DNA of 64,000 nucleotides from contig CAVXRD010000001.1 in NCBI GenBank assembly GCA_963764165.1, positions 480,001 to 544,000 on the forward strand, written 5' to 3'. This DNA is from an uncultured Verrucomicrobiae bacterium (GTDB lineage: Bacteria > Verrucomicrobiota > Verrucomicrobiia > Limisphaerales > Palsa-1400). Below, piece after piece: positions 28,419-40,097 of this stretch (its first letter is position 1; the number at the start of each line of letters is the position of its first letter). Position numbers and translations under genes: made by a program. The notes beneath the pieces were generated by a model. The model was given only the letters and a program-made list of their open reading frames with translations. It was not told the DNA's origin and made no database searches.

Positions 28419-31349
28419 ATGAGAAATCATGCCTGTTTTGGCTGTCCGGAAAGACTCAACAACAAAGCGATAATTCTGTTAAGCATTTTCATGTTCGGGA
28501 ACATGGGTTTGATCTGTCCGCGATTACTCAGTCAAGTGATTCTATCGCCGAACGCTTATTGGAACGTAACTGATGTTACTCATCAGACCGCGCCGGCCAA
28601 TCTCGGGACATTGCAAGGACCGTTTGGAAGCCCAAATTACAATGGAAGCGGCGTCCCTCCGGCAGTAACCCCGTGGAACTATTCCTATTCTGGCGCCTCA
28701 AGCTCGACAAATGAAACATGGCTCTTGCAGACAAAATTCAACCTGCCCGCCACGTTCGGCTCAGTGTATTTTACTATCGCTTGCGATGATGCCGCCATCA
28801 TTACAATCAACGGAAATCTGGTTGTGGCGGATTTTAATGAACTCGGCACTACATGGACCACGCCACAAGCCATTCCAGGCGGCGTGCTCCATTCCGGGGT
28901 TAATGACCTGGATGTTGTCATTTCCGGAAATGGTAATCTGATTAATAATGGCGACATTCTATTCTGGGAGCCCGGAAGTGACAACAATGACTATTTTGCG
29001 ATGATGCTTTCGAGTCAGGACTGCATGAGCTTTCCAACTGCCGCGATTCAGTCAGCAGATCCGAGCTGCAGCAGTCAACCGCTCACGCTGACCGCGATCA
29101 ATGCGCAGGAAAATCCCGCAGGAACCGGTTGCAGCGGAGCAAGTGTGTCTCAAGTTATGTTTTACGCCAACGACGTGCCGGTCGGACTTGCCACAACAGC
29201 CTCAGGCCCTGGTACTTATACATACACTTGGGCCAATCCGCCGGCAGGTCTGTACAGCATAACGGCTGTAGTCACAGACAGCACCGGTGCGAGCACAACT
29301 TCAGCGCCCGTGACGCAGATTATCGGCGATACGCCAACTGTTTCAATAACTTCTCCGCTCAATCCAGGGAATCAGTACGCTCCTTATGTAGCGTGCAGCT
29401 CATCGCTGCCGATAAGCATTACCGCAAACGCTTCCGAAAACCAGGGCACCTATTGCAATGGCGCGACAATTTCGAGCGTCGCTTATTATGCAAATGGAGA
29501 GCTGATTGGATCTTCAACATCAGCAGGCACGCAATATCAATATAACTGGAGCCCGCCGCCCGGAAATTACACGTTGGTCTCGGTGGCGACAGACACCGCC
29601 GGCGCGTCAGTGCTGTCCTCTCCTGAGGAGGTCGTTGTCAGCGAATCTTTTCCAGTTATTGCATCCTCGATTTCCCCATCGGGGGCTTGCGAGCCCTCGG
29701 GTTTTACGAAAGAGGAATCTGACGACGAATCCCCAGCATGCGACGATGCAACCGTCAGCATTTATCACTGGTACTTCCAGGGAAATTACTTCACCACTAC
29801 AAACCCGGAATCTACGGGCCCTGGAGCGTACAACGCGTATATCATAGGGACTGATACCGACGGAGATATTGCGACGTCGACCCCGACGGCTATTACCATA
29901 GGAAATTTCCCGGAAACTTCGCTGACCAGTTGGTTTTACAATCCTGGAGGCAACAACAATCTTGTCACTGCCGGGTTGCAAAGTCCGGTATACGGCACTG
30001 AATTCTTTAGTCCTACAAGCATCCCTTTGAGCTGCCAGGTACAGGAAGTGGTAAATTGCAATCCTAGTGAGCCACCCACCCTTTCGAGCGTCAGTTTTCA
30101 AATTACCAATAACGTTTCTGGAGCACATGAGGGAACGGTGCCGGTTCCTGCTTCGGAGTTCACGGTACCGGACCCTTCTTTCCCGAAAGTGTATTCGGCA
30201 TCAGGGTCTTGGGAACCCAGTGCGCTGCCTCCAGGAATTTATTCGGTTGCGGCCACAGCGGCGGATAGCGCAGGTAATCCCTGTGAGACGTCGCTTCCGA
30301 CGGAGTTCATTGTTGAAGGAGCGATCGCCTCCGGAACGATGCCCGCTGATGTATACGCGCAGACGGCAACACTGCTTACAAATGGGAATCTGCTAATTGT
30401 CGGCGGCAACAGTTCTACAACCGGCATCCAGTCAAAATCTGAAGCGGAGTCAATTTTATCGGGAACCTTCGCTCCATACGCGCCTGTTATCCCACGTGCA
30501 TATCATACGGCGACTTTGCTGACAAACGGGCAGGTGCTCATTGCCGGCGGCCTGGGAACCAATGGCCCACTTTCCAGTTCACAGCAGTCTACCAATTCCA
30601 ACTGGTCGACGGTCGGCTCACTCCAAACTGCGCGGTATTCGCACACTGCGACGCTGCTGACGAATGGCCAGGTGCTGGTAGCGGGAGGGATTGGGGCCGC
30701 GGGCACGGCGCTTCCCAGCTGGGAACTTTACTTGCCGGGGGTCAGAGGATGGAATTCCATTGATAGCCTAGGGCCCATGAACCAACCGCGCTACTGTCAC
30801 ACAGCGACATTGCTTCCCGACGGCCAGGTGTTAGTGGCTGGAGGGGAGGACGGTGGCCCCCTTCCCAATGCGGAGCTTTTCAACGTCGCGACCGGGACGT
30901 GGACTGTGACTGGATCGCTTCAGAACGCTCGTTATAGCCATACGGCAACGTTGCTTCCCAACGGAATGGTGCTTGTCGCTGGAGGATATGGCGCAACCGG
31001 AGCGGTTGACATCGCCGAATTGTACAACCCGGCGACCGGGCAGTGGTCCGCGACAGGTTCAATGGTTACCGGAAGATATTACCACACCGCAACATTGTTG
31101 GATGACGGGGCGGTGCTCGTTACCGGCGGACTTTCTGGGACTACGCTATCGCACACCGAATTGAGCAGCATGGAAATATACGACCCCAACACCGGACTTT
31201 GGGGGAGCTTCGGGCAAATGACCCTCGCTCGAGCGCAACATACCGCAACGTTAGGACCATTGTCGGACCGTGGTGTTGTAATCATTACAGGAGGCTGGAA
31301 CGGACCAAAAAAAGTGTCGCAATCGAGCACCGAGCTAATTTTCCCGTAG
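28419..31349 (+). CDS. Secreted protein with a beta-sandwich domain, bacterial Ig-like domains and a C-terminal Kelch propeller
   Basis: Six to seven RYxHTATLLxNGxVLVAGG-type repeats; VxFYAN..YTYTW.NPPAG.Y.ITAV Ig modules. Start codon uncertain. Confidence 0.88.
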   Translation: MRNHACFGCPERLNNKAIILLSIFMFGNMGLICPRLLSQVILSPNAYWNVTDVTHQTAPANLGTLQGPFGSPNYNGSGVPPAVTPWNYSYSGASSSTNETWLLQTKFNLPATFGSVYFTIACDDAAIITINGNLVVADFNELGTTWTTPQAIPGGVLHSGVNDLDVVISGNGNLINNGDILFWEPGSDNNDYFAMMLSSQDCMSFPTAAIQSADPSCSSQPLTLTAINAQENPAGTGCSGASVSQVMFYANDVPVGLATTASGPGTYTYTWANPPAGLYSITAVVTDSTGASTTSAPVTQIIGDTPTVSITSPLNPGNQYAPYVACSSSLPISITANASENQGTYCNGATISSVAYYANGELIGSSTSAGTQYQYNWSPPPGNYTLVSVATDTAGASVLSSPEEVVVSESFPVIASSISPSGACEPSGFTKEESDDESPACDDATVSIYHWYFQGNYFTTTNPESTGPGAYNAYIIGTDTDGDIATSTPTAITIGNFPETSLTSWFYNPGGNNNLVTAGLQSPVYGTEFFSPTSIPLSCQVQEVVNCNPSEPPTLSSVSFQITNNVSGAHEGTVPVPASEFTVPDPSFPKVYSASGSWEPSALPPGIYSVAATAADSAGNPCETSLPTEFIVEGAIASGTMPADVYAQTATLLTNGNLLIVGGNSSTTGIQSKSEAESILSGTFAPYAPVIPRAYHTATLLTNGQVLIAGGLGTNGPLSSSQQSTNSNWSTVGSLQTARYSHTATLLTNGQVLVAGGIGAAGTALPSWELYLPGVRGWNSIDSLGPMNQPRYCHTATLLPDGQVLVAGGEDGGPLPNAELFNVATGTWTVTGSLQNARYSHTATLLPNGMVLVAGGYGATGAVDIAELYNPATGQWSATGSMVTGRYYHTATLLDDGAVLVTGGLSGTTLSHTELSSMEIYDPNTGLWGSFGQMTLARAQHTATLGPLSDRGVVIITGGWNGPKKVSQSSTELIFP

Positions 31350-31531
31350 CTTTGAACGGCAGCGGAACCGTCGCCAAGCTTTAGTATGGCGATGCTTCCG
31401 AGGAACTATTCATTGGTTCGTTGGAAATGGGCACGAGCACCCCCCGAGGGTCATTGAAGCCACCTGCCGAGCTGGTTCCCGAGGAGAAGGCGCGGGAATC
31501 TCGCCCCGCCGCCCATTCGCGCAATACAACA

Positions 31532-32392
31532 TCAGTAATTGAGCGAGCCGGGATCGGCCGCCGAATGCTGCGCGAACCAAATCCAATCCACGTTGTTGGC
31601 TCCGCCCATGACAAATGGGTCGTGGCCGGTGGCATTGAGCAGCGTGGTGGTTTGCCACTTGTGGATTTGCGCGTGTCCGTCGGCAAACGAGAGCGACAGG
31701 GCATTGATATGGTAAGCGGCGGCGGGCACGTCTGGAAATTCGCCGGTATGACTGTTGATTTCGAGGTAGCCGTCATTGATGCTATACGCATTCTCCTCAC
31801 AAAAGACAAAAGCGTCGGAGGGCGAGGGATGGGTAATGTCCGAATCCTTTGAGTAAAGCAAGGCCGGAGCATCGTCGTTGAAGTTGGCCTTGGCCATGTA
31901 GACGGCGCCCATCTGGCCATTCATGGAATAAGTCCTCAATCGTTGGCCGTTGGCGGAGGGGACAATGTCGGCGGGGCATTTGTAGACGCCAATTTGTCCA
32001 GCGACATAGGGTGCCAGCAGGCCGGACTTGTAAATCGCGATGTTTGTGTTGCCTGGCAAAGCCGATGGGTAAGCCTCATCGCCCGTGGCACTGTCAATCC
32101 AGCTATTGGTGGCGACTCCTGCGCCAGCATATCCGTCGTAGGGCGAGTTGGGCACCAGATAGCCATTGTTGTCGTTTTTATATTCAGCCGCCGCCAATTG
32201 GCATTGCTTGAGGTTGCTAATGCATTGCGATCCCAAGGCCTGCGACTTGGCTTTCGACAGGGCCGGCAGCAGCATTGCGGCGAGAATCGCTATGATGGCA
32301 ATGACGACCAAAAGCTCAATCAGCGTAAAACCCCGACGGAAGTTTCCAATCGTCGCAAGTTTATTCTTGACAGTAATATTTTGTTTTTTCAT
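31532..32392 (-). CDS. Prepilin-type N-methylation domain protein with an H-X9-DG C-terminal motif (DUF1559-like)
   Basis: [45 protein letters not shown]. Confidence 0.95.
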   Translation of the reverse strand: MKKQNITVKNKLATIGNFRRGFTLIELLVVIAIIAILAAMLLPALSKAKSQALGSQCISNLKQCQLAAAEYKNDNNGYLVPNSPYDGYAGAGVATNSWIDSATGDEAYPSALPGNTNIAIYKSGLLAPYVAGQIGVYKCPADIVPSANGQRLRTYSMNGQMGAVYMAKANFNDDAPALLYSKDSDITHPSPSDAFVFCEENAYSINDGYLEINSHTGEFPDVPAAAYHINALSLSFADGHAQIHKWQTTTLLNATGHDPFVMGGANNVDWIWFAQHSAADPGSLNY

Positions 32393-32442
32393 TGGGCGGG
32401 CGGAGCTGGAATCAATGACGCAATTGTAGGCCAGTCCTCCTG

Positions 32443-32469
32443 CGCCGGGGCGGCGATGCCGCCCCGGCG
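32443..32469. other. Perfect 12-bp GC hairpin between the LamG and prepilin genes (mRNA stabiliser or partial terminator)
   Basis: CGCCGGGGCGGC-GAT-GCCGCCCCGGCG; no U-tract. Confidence 0.55.
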
Positions 32470-32493
32470 AGGAAGCTGGAATAGGTATTGGCC

Positions 32494-34842
32494 TTACTCA
32501 GGAATGGCCACTTTGTAGAAGAACTGGCTGCTGGTTCCTGGAACCGTGTAAGGCGAAGAAGCGCCGCTTACCGGCGTGAAGGGCTGGGCGAGGTTGGTCG
32601 TCCCGAGCAAAGTTCCAGCGGGATAAGTGAGGACCACTTTTCCTCCGACTTTCGCGTAAGTGAGGGTGGCCTTCCCAAGGTAATGCGATGTAATCTGGGC
32701 TTGTGACAGGGGATAGTTATAAAACGCCACATCACTCACGCCGCCATTGAACCCAAAAAACGCGCCGTCACTGCGCTGGCCGAGCACTTCCGGCTCCGCG
32801 CTCAAGCTTGGGTCGCCGTTAATTCCGTTTGGAACATAGAGGGACGCGGGGCCAGAAGCACTGCCAGCGACTCCGTTGACGTAAAGCTGGATGGTCGTCC
32901 CATTATCCACCAAGACCAGATGGTACCATGAGCCAAGCACCAGCGGAATGTTTGCGTAATCGCTGATAAATGTCGCGGGCGCGCCGGTGTCGTTGAAGGT
33001 CACCAGTGTGAATGCGCTGGCCGGATGCTGGTATATGAGCCAGCCGGACAGGGACGAGCTGAAGTTTGAATTATACATGGACGAGCAGATTGTGCGGAAG
33101 TTGTTTGGATCTTGGGTGGCCGGCTCGAACCAGCCTTCAAATGTCCATGTGCCATAGGGATTGAGTTCCAGGGCGTAAGGAATGTCCACCACGCCACCTT
33201 CGCCGGCCACCGCGGATTGCGGGTCAAACAATCCAACGCCGGTATTTGTCTCTCCCGGAATGCTGGTCGGAATCTGCCAATCTATCGGCCCCAAGGCATT
33301 GTTGTAGGTGCCGTCAAAGCTGCCCACGGCATCAACTGCGTCGGTGGAATTGGTCGGCTCGTCCAAATGGTAGAATGCGACCGGATTATCCGCCGCGACA
33401 ATGGCGCCGTATCCGCTCAAGGGAACAACGACAGGCCTCGGTTGGACCGAGAGGGTGACTGAGTTGCTGTAGGAGGTGAATGGATTGGTCACGAGGACCC
33501 AGTATTGGTTGCCGCCCATGGACAATTGAACATTGGTCAGCCAGAGGGTGTCATTGGTCTGGTTCGTCAATGAGGTAAAACTGACGCCATCCGGACTTTC
33601 GAACCATTGGTAACCGATGGGGAGAGCACCGTTGGCCGCGATGCGAAACGCTGCGTGGCTGCCGACATTATATGTGATGCCCGAATAGGGCGGGGCGATG
33701 ACGTTGATGTCCGTCAGCAGGGTCAACACGTTGGTGACCGAGTTGGTCGCTCCGACCGAGTTGGTAACTCTGACGTAATACGCAGCGTTGTTGTCCGCAG
33801 GGTAGACGGGAACGAACGAATAATCGCTGTTGGTCTGACCGGCGACGGGGCTGCTGTTTTTATACCATTGGTAGGAAAGCGGCTTCGTTCCAGCCACCAG
33901 CGCGCTCAGAGTCACGGGCGTGCCGGAATAGATCGTGGAAGGCAGCGACGGTTCACTCACAAAGCTAGGGGCAGCGAGTGGCGCGGAGATCTCGTTCGTG
34001 CCCACGTTATAATGATGAAGGATTTGAGCGGCCGTCAAAACATTGGTGTAGAACGCGACTTGGCTTACTCCACCCTCGTAGGGCCCGTGGCCCGTCTCTC
34101 CGGGGCCGCCGATTTCTATGTTTGCGGCGCCTGGGTCGGCGAGGTAGCCGGGTAGCGCAGCGGAAGCGTTAGCCTGGCCGTTGACGTAGAAGGTCGCATT
34201 GGTGCCGTCCCAAGTCACTGCCAAGTGGGTCCATTCCAGCAAGGTGACAGCCGCGCCGGCCCCCACAATGGCGACTTCGTTCGAGGTGCGCATGAACACT
34301 TGCCAGGATTGCGGAGATGTTTGCGACTGGTAGAAATTCCAGCCTGAGCCGTTTCCGAAGGTGCCGCTGCCGTAGGGGCCGGAAGCGGCCAGAGGCACGA
34401 TGTAGTCCGGTGTATGCACCGTCGTGGCCAGAACCCAGCATTCAGCCGAAAATGGCGCGCCGGTTAGGCCGTCGCTGTTGACCGGCGCCAAGAGCGGGCT
34501 GGCAGGGAGGGCCACATCTCCGTAATCACCTTCGCCGCCCGAGCCGTAGGTAAATAGAATTGAATTGGTGTCAATGCCCGGCTGGCCGAGCTCCGGCGAA
34601 TTTGAATCATTGAAATTATAGGTGCCGTCAAGGTGATTCGTTGTGGAATCGACGGCGGTGCCGGCCCCCGGCAACTCCTGCAATTGGTAATAAGCCACGG
34701 GATTGTCCGCGAGAACCACCTGGGAGTAATTGGTGGCTTGCGCCACTGCGCTTTGTGTCGCGCCCAGGAAAAGGAGAATCGCCGTCGCCGAGGCGAACAG
34801 GCCCCGCGGAAGCGCACAAGTCGTAAGTTCACGTATTTTCAT
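32494..34842 (-). CDS. Secreted 2x LamG + 2x Ig-like protein with C-terminal FFYKV domain
   Basis: Likely start MKIRELT (34842) with signal peptide; [23 protein letters not shown]; ends [18 protein letters not shown]. Confidence 0.9.
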   Translation of the reverse strand: MKIRELTTCALPRGLFASATAILLFLGATQSAVAQATNYSQVVLADNPVAYYQLQELPGAGTAVDSTTNHLDGTYNFNDSNSPELGQPGIDTNSILFTYGSGGEGDYGDVALPASPLLAPVNSDGLTGAPFSAECWVLATTVHTPDYIVPLAASGPYGSGTFGNGSGWNFYQSQTSPQSWQVFMRTSNEVAIVGAGAAVTLLEWTHLAVTWDGTNATFYVNGQANASAALPGYLADPGAANIEIGGPGETGHGPYEGGVSQVAFYTNVLTAAQILHHYNVGTNEISAPLAAPSFVSEPSLPSTIYSGTPVTLSALVAGTKPLSYQWYKNSSPVAGQTNSDYSFVPVYPADNNAAYYVRVTNSVGATNSVTNVLTLLTDINVIAPPYSGITYNVGSHAAFRIAANGALPIGYQWFESPDGVSFTSLTNQTNDTLWLTNVQLSMGGNQYWVLVTNPFTSYSNSVTLSVQPRPVVVPLSGYGAIVAADNPVAFYHLDEPTNSTDAVDAVGSFDGTYNNALGPIDWQIPTSIPGETNTGVGLFDPQSAVAGEGGVVDIPYALELNPYGTWTFEGWFEPATQDPNNFRTICSSMYNSNFSSSLSGWLIYQHPASAFTLVTFNDTGAPATFISDYANIPLVLGSWYHLVLVDNGTTIQLYVNGVAGSASGPASLYVPNGINGDPSLSAEPEVLGQRSDGAFFGFNGGVSDVAFYNYPLSQAQITSHYLGKATLTYAKVGGKVVLTYPAGTLLGTTNLAQPFTPVSGASSPYTVPGTSSQFFYKVAIPE

Positions 34843-35020
34843 AGTTGAATGCTGGTTTTGATTTGTTGATTTCCACACAGACGCGCGCCGGCACGATTTC
34901 CCCTGACACTTCGCCAAACGCTGAGACGTTTTTATCACAGTCAATCAATAATGCAACAAAAATTATTACAAAATTTTCTTGCGGTCTTTTTCCATCTTAA
35001 ATAACTTCGCAGTCAAGGTT

Positions 35021-36670
35021 ATGAACCGGAACCGCACCCTTAGCCACATCGCATGTCTTCTCGCCCTGTTCGCCGGATTGGCGCGTTCAGAGGCGCAATC
35101 CCCTGCCATTATTCCTCTGCCGCAGAAGATGGAGGTCGGGCATGGCTCGTTTGAAATTGGCGCGGGAACGATGATCGTGGCGGGCAAGGGCGCGGCAGAA
35201 ACCTGCCAATACCTGGCATCCGAGTTAAATCGCCGCGCCGGCGCCTTACTCAAGGTGGCTGGGAACAAAGATGCGGTGGCGAAGGGGAATATAGAATTGA
35301 CGCTGGATGACGCGAATCCGTCTTTGGTCGATGAAGGTTATGTGCTCAGTGTAACGCCTGATTCGGTGACGATTCGCGCCCACGCCGCCGCCGGACTTTT
35401 TTACGGGGCGCAATCACTGCTCCAACTGCTTCCTCTTCCTGAAGCAGGCTCCAAAACGTCCGCCCCAGCCCTGCCCTGCGTCTTCGTGGAAGACCATCCG
35501 CGTTTTCATTGGCGTGGGCTGATGCTGGACGTCTCCCGGCATTTCTTCAACAAAGAGGAAGTCAAACGGCTGCTGGATGAAATGGCATGGCACAAAATGA
35601 ACGTATTCCATTGGCACTTGGTTGATGACCAGGGCTGGCGCATCGAAATCAAAAAATATCCGCGACTCACCGAACTTGGAGCCTGGCGCAAAGCCGTCGG
35701 TTTCGGGCTTGATCCAAAATCTGGAACCGCTTTCGGGCCGGATGGGCGCTACGGCGGATTCTACACGCAGGAAGACATCCGCGAAGTCGTCGCTTACGCT
35801 GCGGCGCGCCATATTACCATAGTGCCGGAAATTGAAATGCCGGGGCACTCTAGCGCCGCCCTGATGGCCTATCCACAATTCAGTTGCACCGGTGGGCCGT
35901 TTTCGGTGGATTTGCCGGGCGGCGTTTTCAACGGCGTTTATTGCGCTGGAAACGAAGCCACCTTTGGATTTGTGGAAGATGTTTTGATCGAGGTGTTCGC
36001 CCTCTTTCCCGGAAAATTCATCCATGTCGGCGGCGACGAAGTTCTTACTGACAATTGGAAGGCGTGCCCAAAATGCCAGGAGCGCATGAAACACGAAGGG
36101 TTCACCAAGGAGATGGAATTGGAGAGTTATTTCATTCGCCGCGTGGAAAAGATCGTCAATGCGCACGGCAAGCGCCTTGTGGGCTGGAGCGAAATTCGCG
36201 AAGGCGGACTGGCGCCCAGCGCGACGGTGATGGATTGGGTCGGCGGCGCTCTCGAAGCGGCTTCAGCCGGGCATGACGTGGTCATGTCGCCCTTGAAGGA
36301 TTGCTATTTCGATCACTATCAATCGCTCAACCAGGCCAAGGAACCGAAAGCCATCGGCGGCTATCTTCCGTTGAAGCAAGTCTACGCCTTCGACCCGATT
36401 CCGACCCATTTGCCCGTCCAATTTGAATCACACATCCTCGGCGGCCAGGCCAATGTTTGGACGGAATACATTCCCAATTTCAAACAGGTCGAATACATGG
36501 TTTTTCCACGCTTGAGCGCCATGGCGGAAGTGGATTGGTCCCCGAAGACTTCTCGGAATTGGGATGATTTTTTGCTGAGGGTCGCCATCGATTGCAAGCG
36601 TCTTGACCAGCTAGGAGTCAACCATCGCGCACTGACCGACGAGCCGCTGGCTCCGGCCCCTGAGCAGTGA
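35021..36670 (+). CDS. Beta-N-acetylhexosaminidase, GH20
   Basis: WRGLMLDVSRHF, HWHLVDDQGW, PEIEMPGH, catalytic HVGGDE; signal peptide from the ATG at 35021. Confidence 0.96.
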   Translation: MNRNRTLSHIACLLALFAGLARSEAQSPAIIPLPQKMEVGHGSFEIGAGTMIVAGKGAAETCQYLASELNRRAGALLKVAGNKDAVAKGNIELTLDDANPSLVDEGYVLSVTPDSVTIRAHAAAGLFYGAQSLLQLLPLPEAGSKTSAPALPCVFVEDHPRFHWRGLMLDVSRHFFNKEEVKRLLDEMAWHKMNVFHWHLVDDQGWRIEIKKYPRLTELGAWRKAVGFGLDPKSGTAFGPDGRYGGFYTQEDIREVVAYAAARHITIVPEIEMPGHSSAALMAYPQFSCTGGPFSVDLPGGVFNGVYCAGNEATFGFVEDVLIEVFALFPGKFIHVGGDEVLTDNWKACPKCQERMKHEGFTKEMELESYFIRRVEKIVNAHGKRLVGWSEIREGGLAPSATVMDWVGGALEAASAGHDVVMSPLKDCYFDHYQSLNQAKEPKAIGGYLPLKQVYAFDPIPTHLPVQFESHILGGQANVWTEYIPNFKQVEYMVFPRLSAMAEVDWSPKTSRNWDDFLLRVAIDCKRLDQLGVNHRALTDEPLAPAPEQ

Positions 36671-36680
36671 AATTCCCGCC

Positions 36681-39600
36681 ATGAAATTGTGGAGACATTC
36701 AATTTGCCTCGCCGCCGCATGGCTGATGGCGGTCTCCAATCTGACAGCGCAAACGGCGGCCACGTCCGAAATAACGTCGCTGCGCCAGTTGAAATCACTG
36801 ACAGCCGAGCAGGCTGCGGCGGGACCGGCTGTTGATGTGAGAGGCGTAGTGGTCTGCCACGACGCGGGCTGGCACCAGCTCTATATTCACGATGGACGCG
36901 AAACGCTGTACTTCAACGCCGATGATTTTTCCGTCCAGCCCAACAAAGGCGATGCCATCGAACTCACCGGCCGCGCGCGCGGCACCAACAGCCTGGAAAA
37001 CGGCAAGCTGGCCATTGTTGGCAAAGCCGCCTTGCCCAAAGCCCAGCCGCTGGAACTTTCGGAATTGGGCCAGGATCACGGCGAGTGGGTGCAAGTGCAA
37101 GGCCGGGTGCTTTCCGCTGAATCAAGCCGCGGGCGCCTCGCCCTCATGCTGAATGAAAAGGGCCAGAATTGCCTCGTTTACATTCTCGGCGGCGCTGTCA
37201 CGAATAATTTCCAGCCGTGGCTCAATTGCCGCGTGCAGGTGCGGGGCATCAATGCCAGCCGCATGGCCGGCGGGCGCCTCGAATCGGGTCTGCTCTTCGC
37301 GCCCGGCCCCGACGAAATCCGAATTCTCGGGCCAGCGGGCATTGAGCCGTCGCAAATTCCAGTCGTTTCCATCCGCAGCCTGCTCAATCGCGAGTTGGGG
37401 TCGTGGACCAACCAATGGGTTCACATCAACGGGCTGGTGGTGTCCTATCGCCGCGGCGAATCCGTAACCGTGAAGGATCCGACCGGTGTCATCCGGGCGC
37501 GCGTCATTCAGTTGACAGAGATGCGCGGCGATGAGCGGGTGGACGTTTGGGGTTTTCTGGAAACCGGCGCTAACGAAACCATTCTCAACAACTCGTATTT
37601 TGAAGTGGCGCAGCCGCCGCCGCAGTCCATCGGCGTGGCGGCTCCGGCGGTTCCGTTGTCGCGTGTCGCGCGGCTTCCTTCGGAATTGACGGAGGTCTCG
37701 GACATCCTGCAATTGCGGCCGGAGGAGGCGGCCCAGCAATTGGCGGTCCGGCTGCATGGCGTGCTCACTTACGCCGATCCCGCATGGCGCAACGGATTTT
37801 TGCAAAACAACGGCGAGGCCATTTACGTCGACATTGATCCGTCGCAAAAATTTGCGCTGCCGGGCCAATGGGTGGAATTGACGGGGCGCACCAGCCCGGG
37901 TGGATTCGCGCCGGAGGTGCTAAGCTCGCAAATCACCGTTCTCGGCGTCACCAATCTGCCGACGCCCGCGCACGTGGATTTGGAGGATTTGGCGAATGGC
38001 CGCTTCGATTCGCACTGGGTGGAGATGGAGGGATTGGTGCGGCGCATGGATGAATTGTCCGACCACGCCAGCCTGAGCCTGATGACGCCCAAGGGGCGAT
38101 TCAAAGCGATCATTCCCGGATTTGAAAACAAACCGCTGCCGACAAATCTTATTGACGCTCTGGTCAGCGTGCGCGGCGCCTGCACGTCGGAATTAAATGT
38201 CCGCCGGCAATTAAGCGGCATCACCCTCCACGTCCCGAGCCTCGAACAAATCAAAGTTCTCGAACCGGCTCCCGCTGACCCATTCGCCATCGCGACGACG
38301 CGGATTGACGCGGTCGAAACCTTTGACCCGGATCGTTTCGCGGGGCGCCGGGTGAAAATTCAAGGCGTTGTCACGCTGCGCATGATCGGCCAGGGATTCA
38401 TGGTGCAGGACAGCTCCGGCGGCATGCGCGTGCTGACGCGGCAGACGAACGAACTCCACCTCGGCGATTTGGTGGAAGTGATCGGCTTCCCCGCCATCGG
38501 CGATTTTTCCCCCTACTTGGAGGAAGCGGCCTACCGCGTCATCGGCACCGGAACGATGCCTGTTCCGAAACCGGTCAAAGCCGACCAGATTCTTCTCCAC
38601 GGCACCAACGACGCGCAAATTGTCAGCATCGACGCGCAGTTGCTGCAAAACGTCCCCCGCTCGGCCAACCCGCAAATGGTTTTGCAGGATGGGCCGATCA
38701 TTTTCACCGCGCAATTGGAGTCGCACGCGCGCCAGCAGGAAGTGCCCGATTTGGAATCCGGATGCCGCCTTCGCTTGACAGGGATTTGCTCCATCCAGGG
38801 CGGCGAAGGCCACGAACCGCAGGCGTTCCGCCTCCTCCTGCGAAATCCGCTTGATGTGCAATTGCTCGAATCGCCGCCGTATTGGACGGCGCGGCGCTCC
38901 TTCATGCTGGCTGGCGGAATGATGCTGGCGGTTTCCGCCACGCTCGGCTGGGTCGCCCTGCTCCGCCGCCAGGTCCGCCAGCAAACCAAAGTCATCCGCC
39001 AAAAACTCGAGGACGAGGCTGCGCTCGAACGGCGGTATCGCGAACTTTTCGAGAACGCCACCGACATGCTTTACACGCACGATCGCGAAGGGCGGATCAC
39101 ATCCATCAACCAGACGGGCGAGCGGCTTTTGCAGCTCCCGCGCAGCGAAGTGCTTGGGCGCAACATCCTCGATTTCCTGGCCGAGGAACAACGCGCCACG
39201 GCCCGCCAATGGCTCGTGCGATTGCACAAGGGCGCGGCCACGCCGAACATCGAATGGGACGTCATTTCCGCCTCGGGCGAGCGCGTGAAATTGGAAATCA
39301 GCGCGCGGGTGATGGCGCGGGACGGCAGCGATTCGGAACTCGAAATTGAAGGGATCGCCCGCGATGTCACCGAGCGCAAGCGTCTTGAGCGCGAGATCAT
39401 CGAAATCAGCAACCGCGAGCAGCGGCGCATCGGGCACGATTTGCATGACGGCGTCTGTCAACAATTGGCGGGAATCGCCTTTCTCATTTCGACACTGGCT
39501 GAGGAATTGGCGGAAGAAGGCGTCCCGCAATCCGTGCAGGCCGAGAAAATCAGCGTGATGATCAATGAGGCCATTGACCAGACGCGCGGCGTGGCGCGCG

Positions 39601-40097
39601 GCTTGTTTCCCGTCCGGCTCGATGAAAAAGGTTTGGTCGCATCGCTGGAAGAATTGGCTGCCAACGCCAGCGAGGTCTACAAAATCGACTGCCGTTTCAT
39701 CGCGAACGGCCCGCCGGTGGCGGTTGAAAACGAGATCGCGCTGCACTTGTATTACATTGTGCTTGAGGCGCTGGCCAACGCGGCCAAGCACAGCAGCGCC
39801 TCCACAGTGGAAATTTCCCTGCAACCTTCCGGCGACCGCTGGCTGCTGACCATCGAGGACGATGGCGTCGGCTTTTCCCTGCCCGCGCAAAACCAGGACG
39901 GGATGGGCGTGCGGATTTTGCATTACCGCGCGCGGGTGATTGGGGCGACTTTGAACTTGCAGAGCCTGCCCGGTTCCGGCACCACCGTGACGTGCCTTTT
40001 TCTGCCCGTGTCGCGAGAATTGCCCCGCGGCGGCGCGCTTCGAGGCCAGCGCCCGGAGAGCAGCCGCGTGGACCATTCGCAACCTGAGCACGCATGA
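36681..40097 (+). CDS. Sensor histidine kinase with a large repeated extracytoplasmic region, TM helix, PAS and HisKA_3
   Basis: Signal peptide; duplicated modules; TM near aa 740; ERRYRELFENA (PAS); EQRRIGHDLHD; NAAKH, DDGVG. Confidence 0.94.
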   Translation: MKLWRHSICLAAAWLMAVSNLTAQTAATSEITSLRQLKSLTAEQAAAGPAVDVRGVVVCHDAGWHQLYIHDGRETLYFNADDFSVQPNKGDAIELTGRARGTNSLENGKLAIVGKAALPKAQPLELSELGQDHGEWVQVQGRVLSAESSRGRLALMLNEKGQNCLVYILGGAVTNNFQPWLNCRVQVRGINASRMAGGRLESGLLFAPGPDEIRILGPAGIEPSQIPVVSIRSLLNRELGSWTNQWVHINGLVVSYRRGESVTVKDPTGVIRARVIQLTEMRGDERVDVWGFLETGANETILNNSYFEVAQPPPQSIGVAAPAVPLSRVARLPSELTEVSDILQLRPEEAAQQLAVRLHGVLTYADPAWRNGFLQNNGEAIYVDIDPSQKFALPGQWVELTGRTSPGGFAPEVLSSQITVLGVTNLPTPAHVDLEDLANGRFDSHWVEMEGLVRRMDELSDHASLSLMTPKGRFKAIIPGFENKPLPTNLIDALVSVRGACTSELNVRRQLSGITLHVPSLEQIKVLEPAPADPFAIATTRIDAVETFDPDRFAGRRVKIQGVVTLRMIGQGFMVQDSSGGMRVLTRQTNELHLGDLVEVIGFPAIGDFSPYLEEAAYRVIGTGTMPVPKPVKADQILLHGTNDAQIVSIDAQLLQNVPRSANPQMVLQDGPIIFTAQLESHARQQEVPDLESGCRLRLTGICSIQGGEGHEPQAFRLLLRNPLDVQLLESPPYWTARRSFMLAGGMMLAVSATLGWVALLRRQVRQQTKVIRQKLEDEAALERRYRELFENATDMLYTHDREGRITSINQTGERLLQLPRSEVLGRNILDFLAEEQRATARQWLVRLHKGAATPNIEWDVISASGERVKLEISARVMARDGSDSELEIEGIARDVTERKRLEREIIEISNREQRRIGHDLHDGVCQQLAGIAFLISTLAEELAEEGVPQSVQAEKISVMINEAIDQTRGVARGLFPVRLDEKGLVASLEELAANASEVYKIDCRFIANGPPVAVENEIALHLYYIVLEALANAAKHSSASTVEISLQPSGDRWLLTIEDDGVGFSLPAQNQDGMGVRILHYRARVIGATLNLQSLPGSGTTVTCLFLPVSRELPRGGALRGQRPESSRVDHSQPEHA

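Noticed and set aside
38211..40091. 626-aa minus-strand ORF and similar long antisense ORFs (14119..15282, 51185..52093, 18417..19307)
   Set aside because: Shadows of well-supported genes on the opposite strand in GC-rich DNA, with no recognisable motifs.
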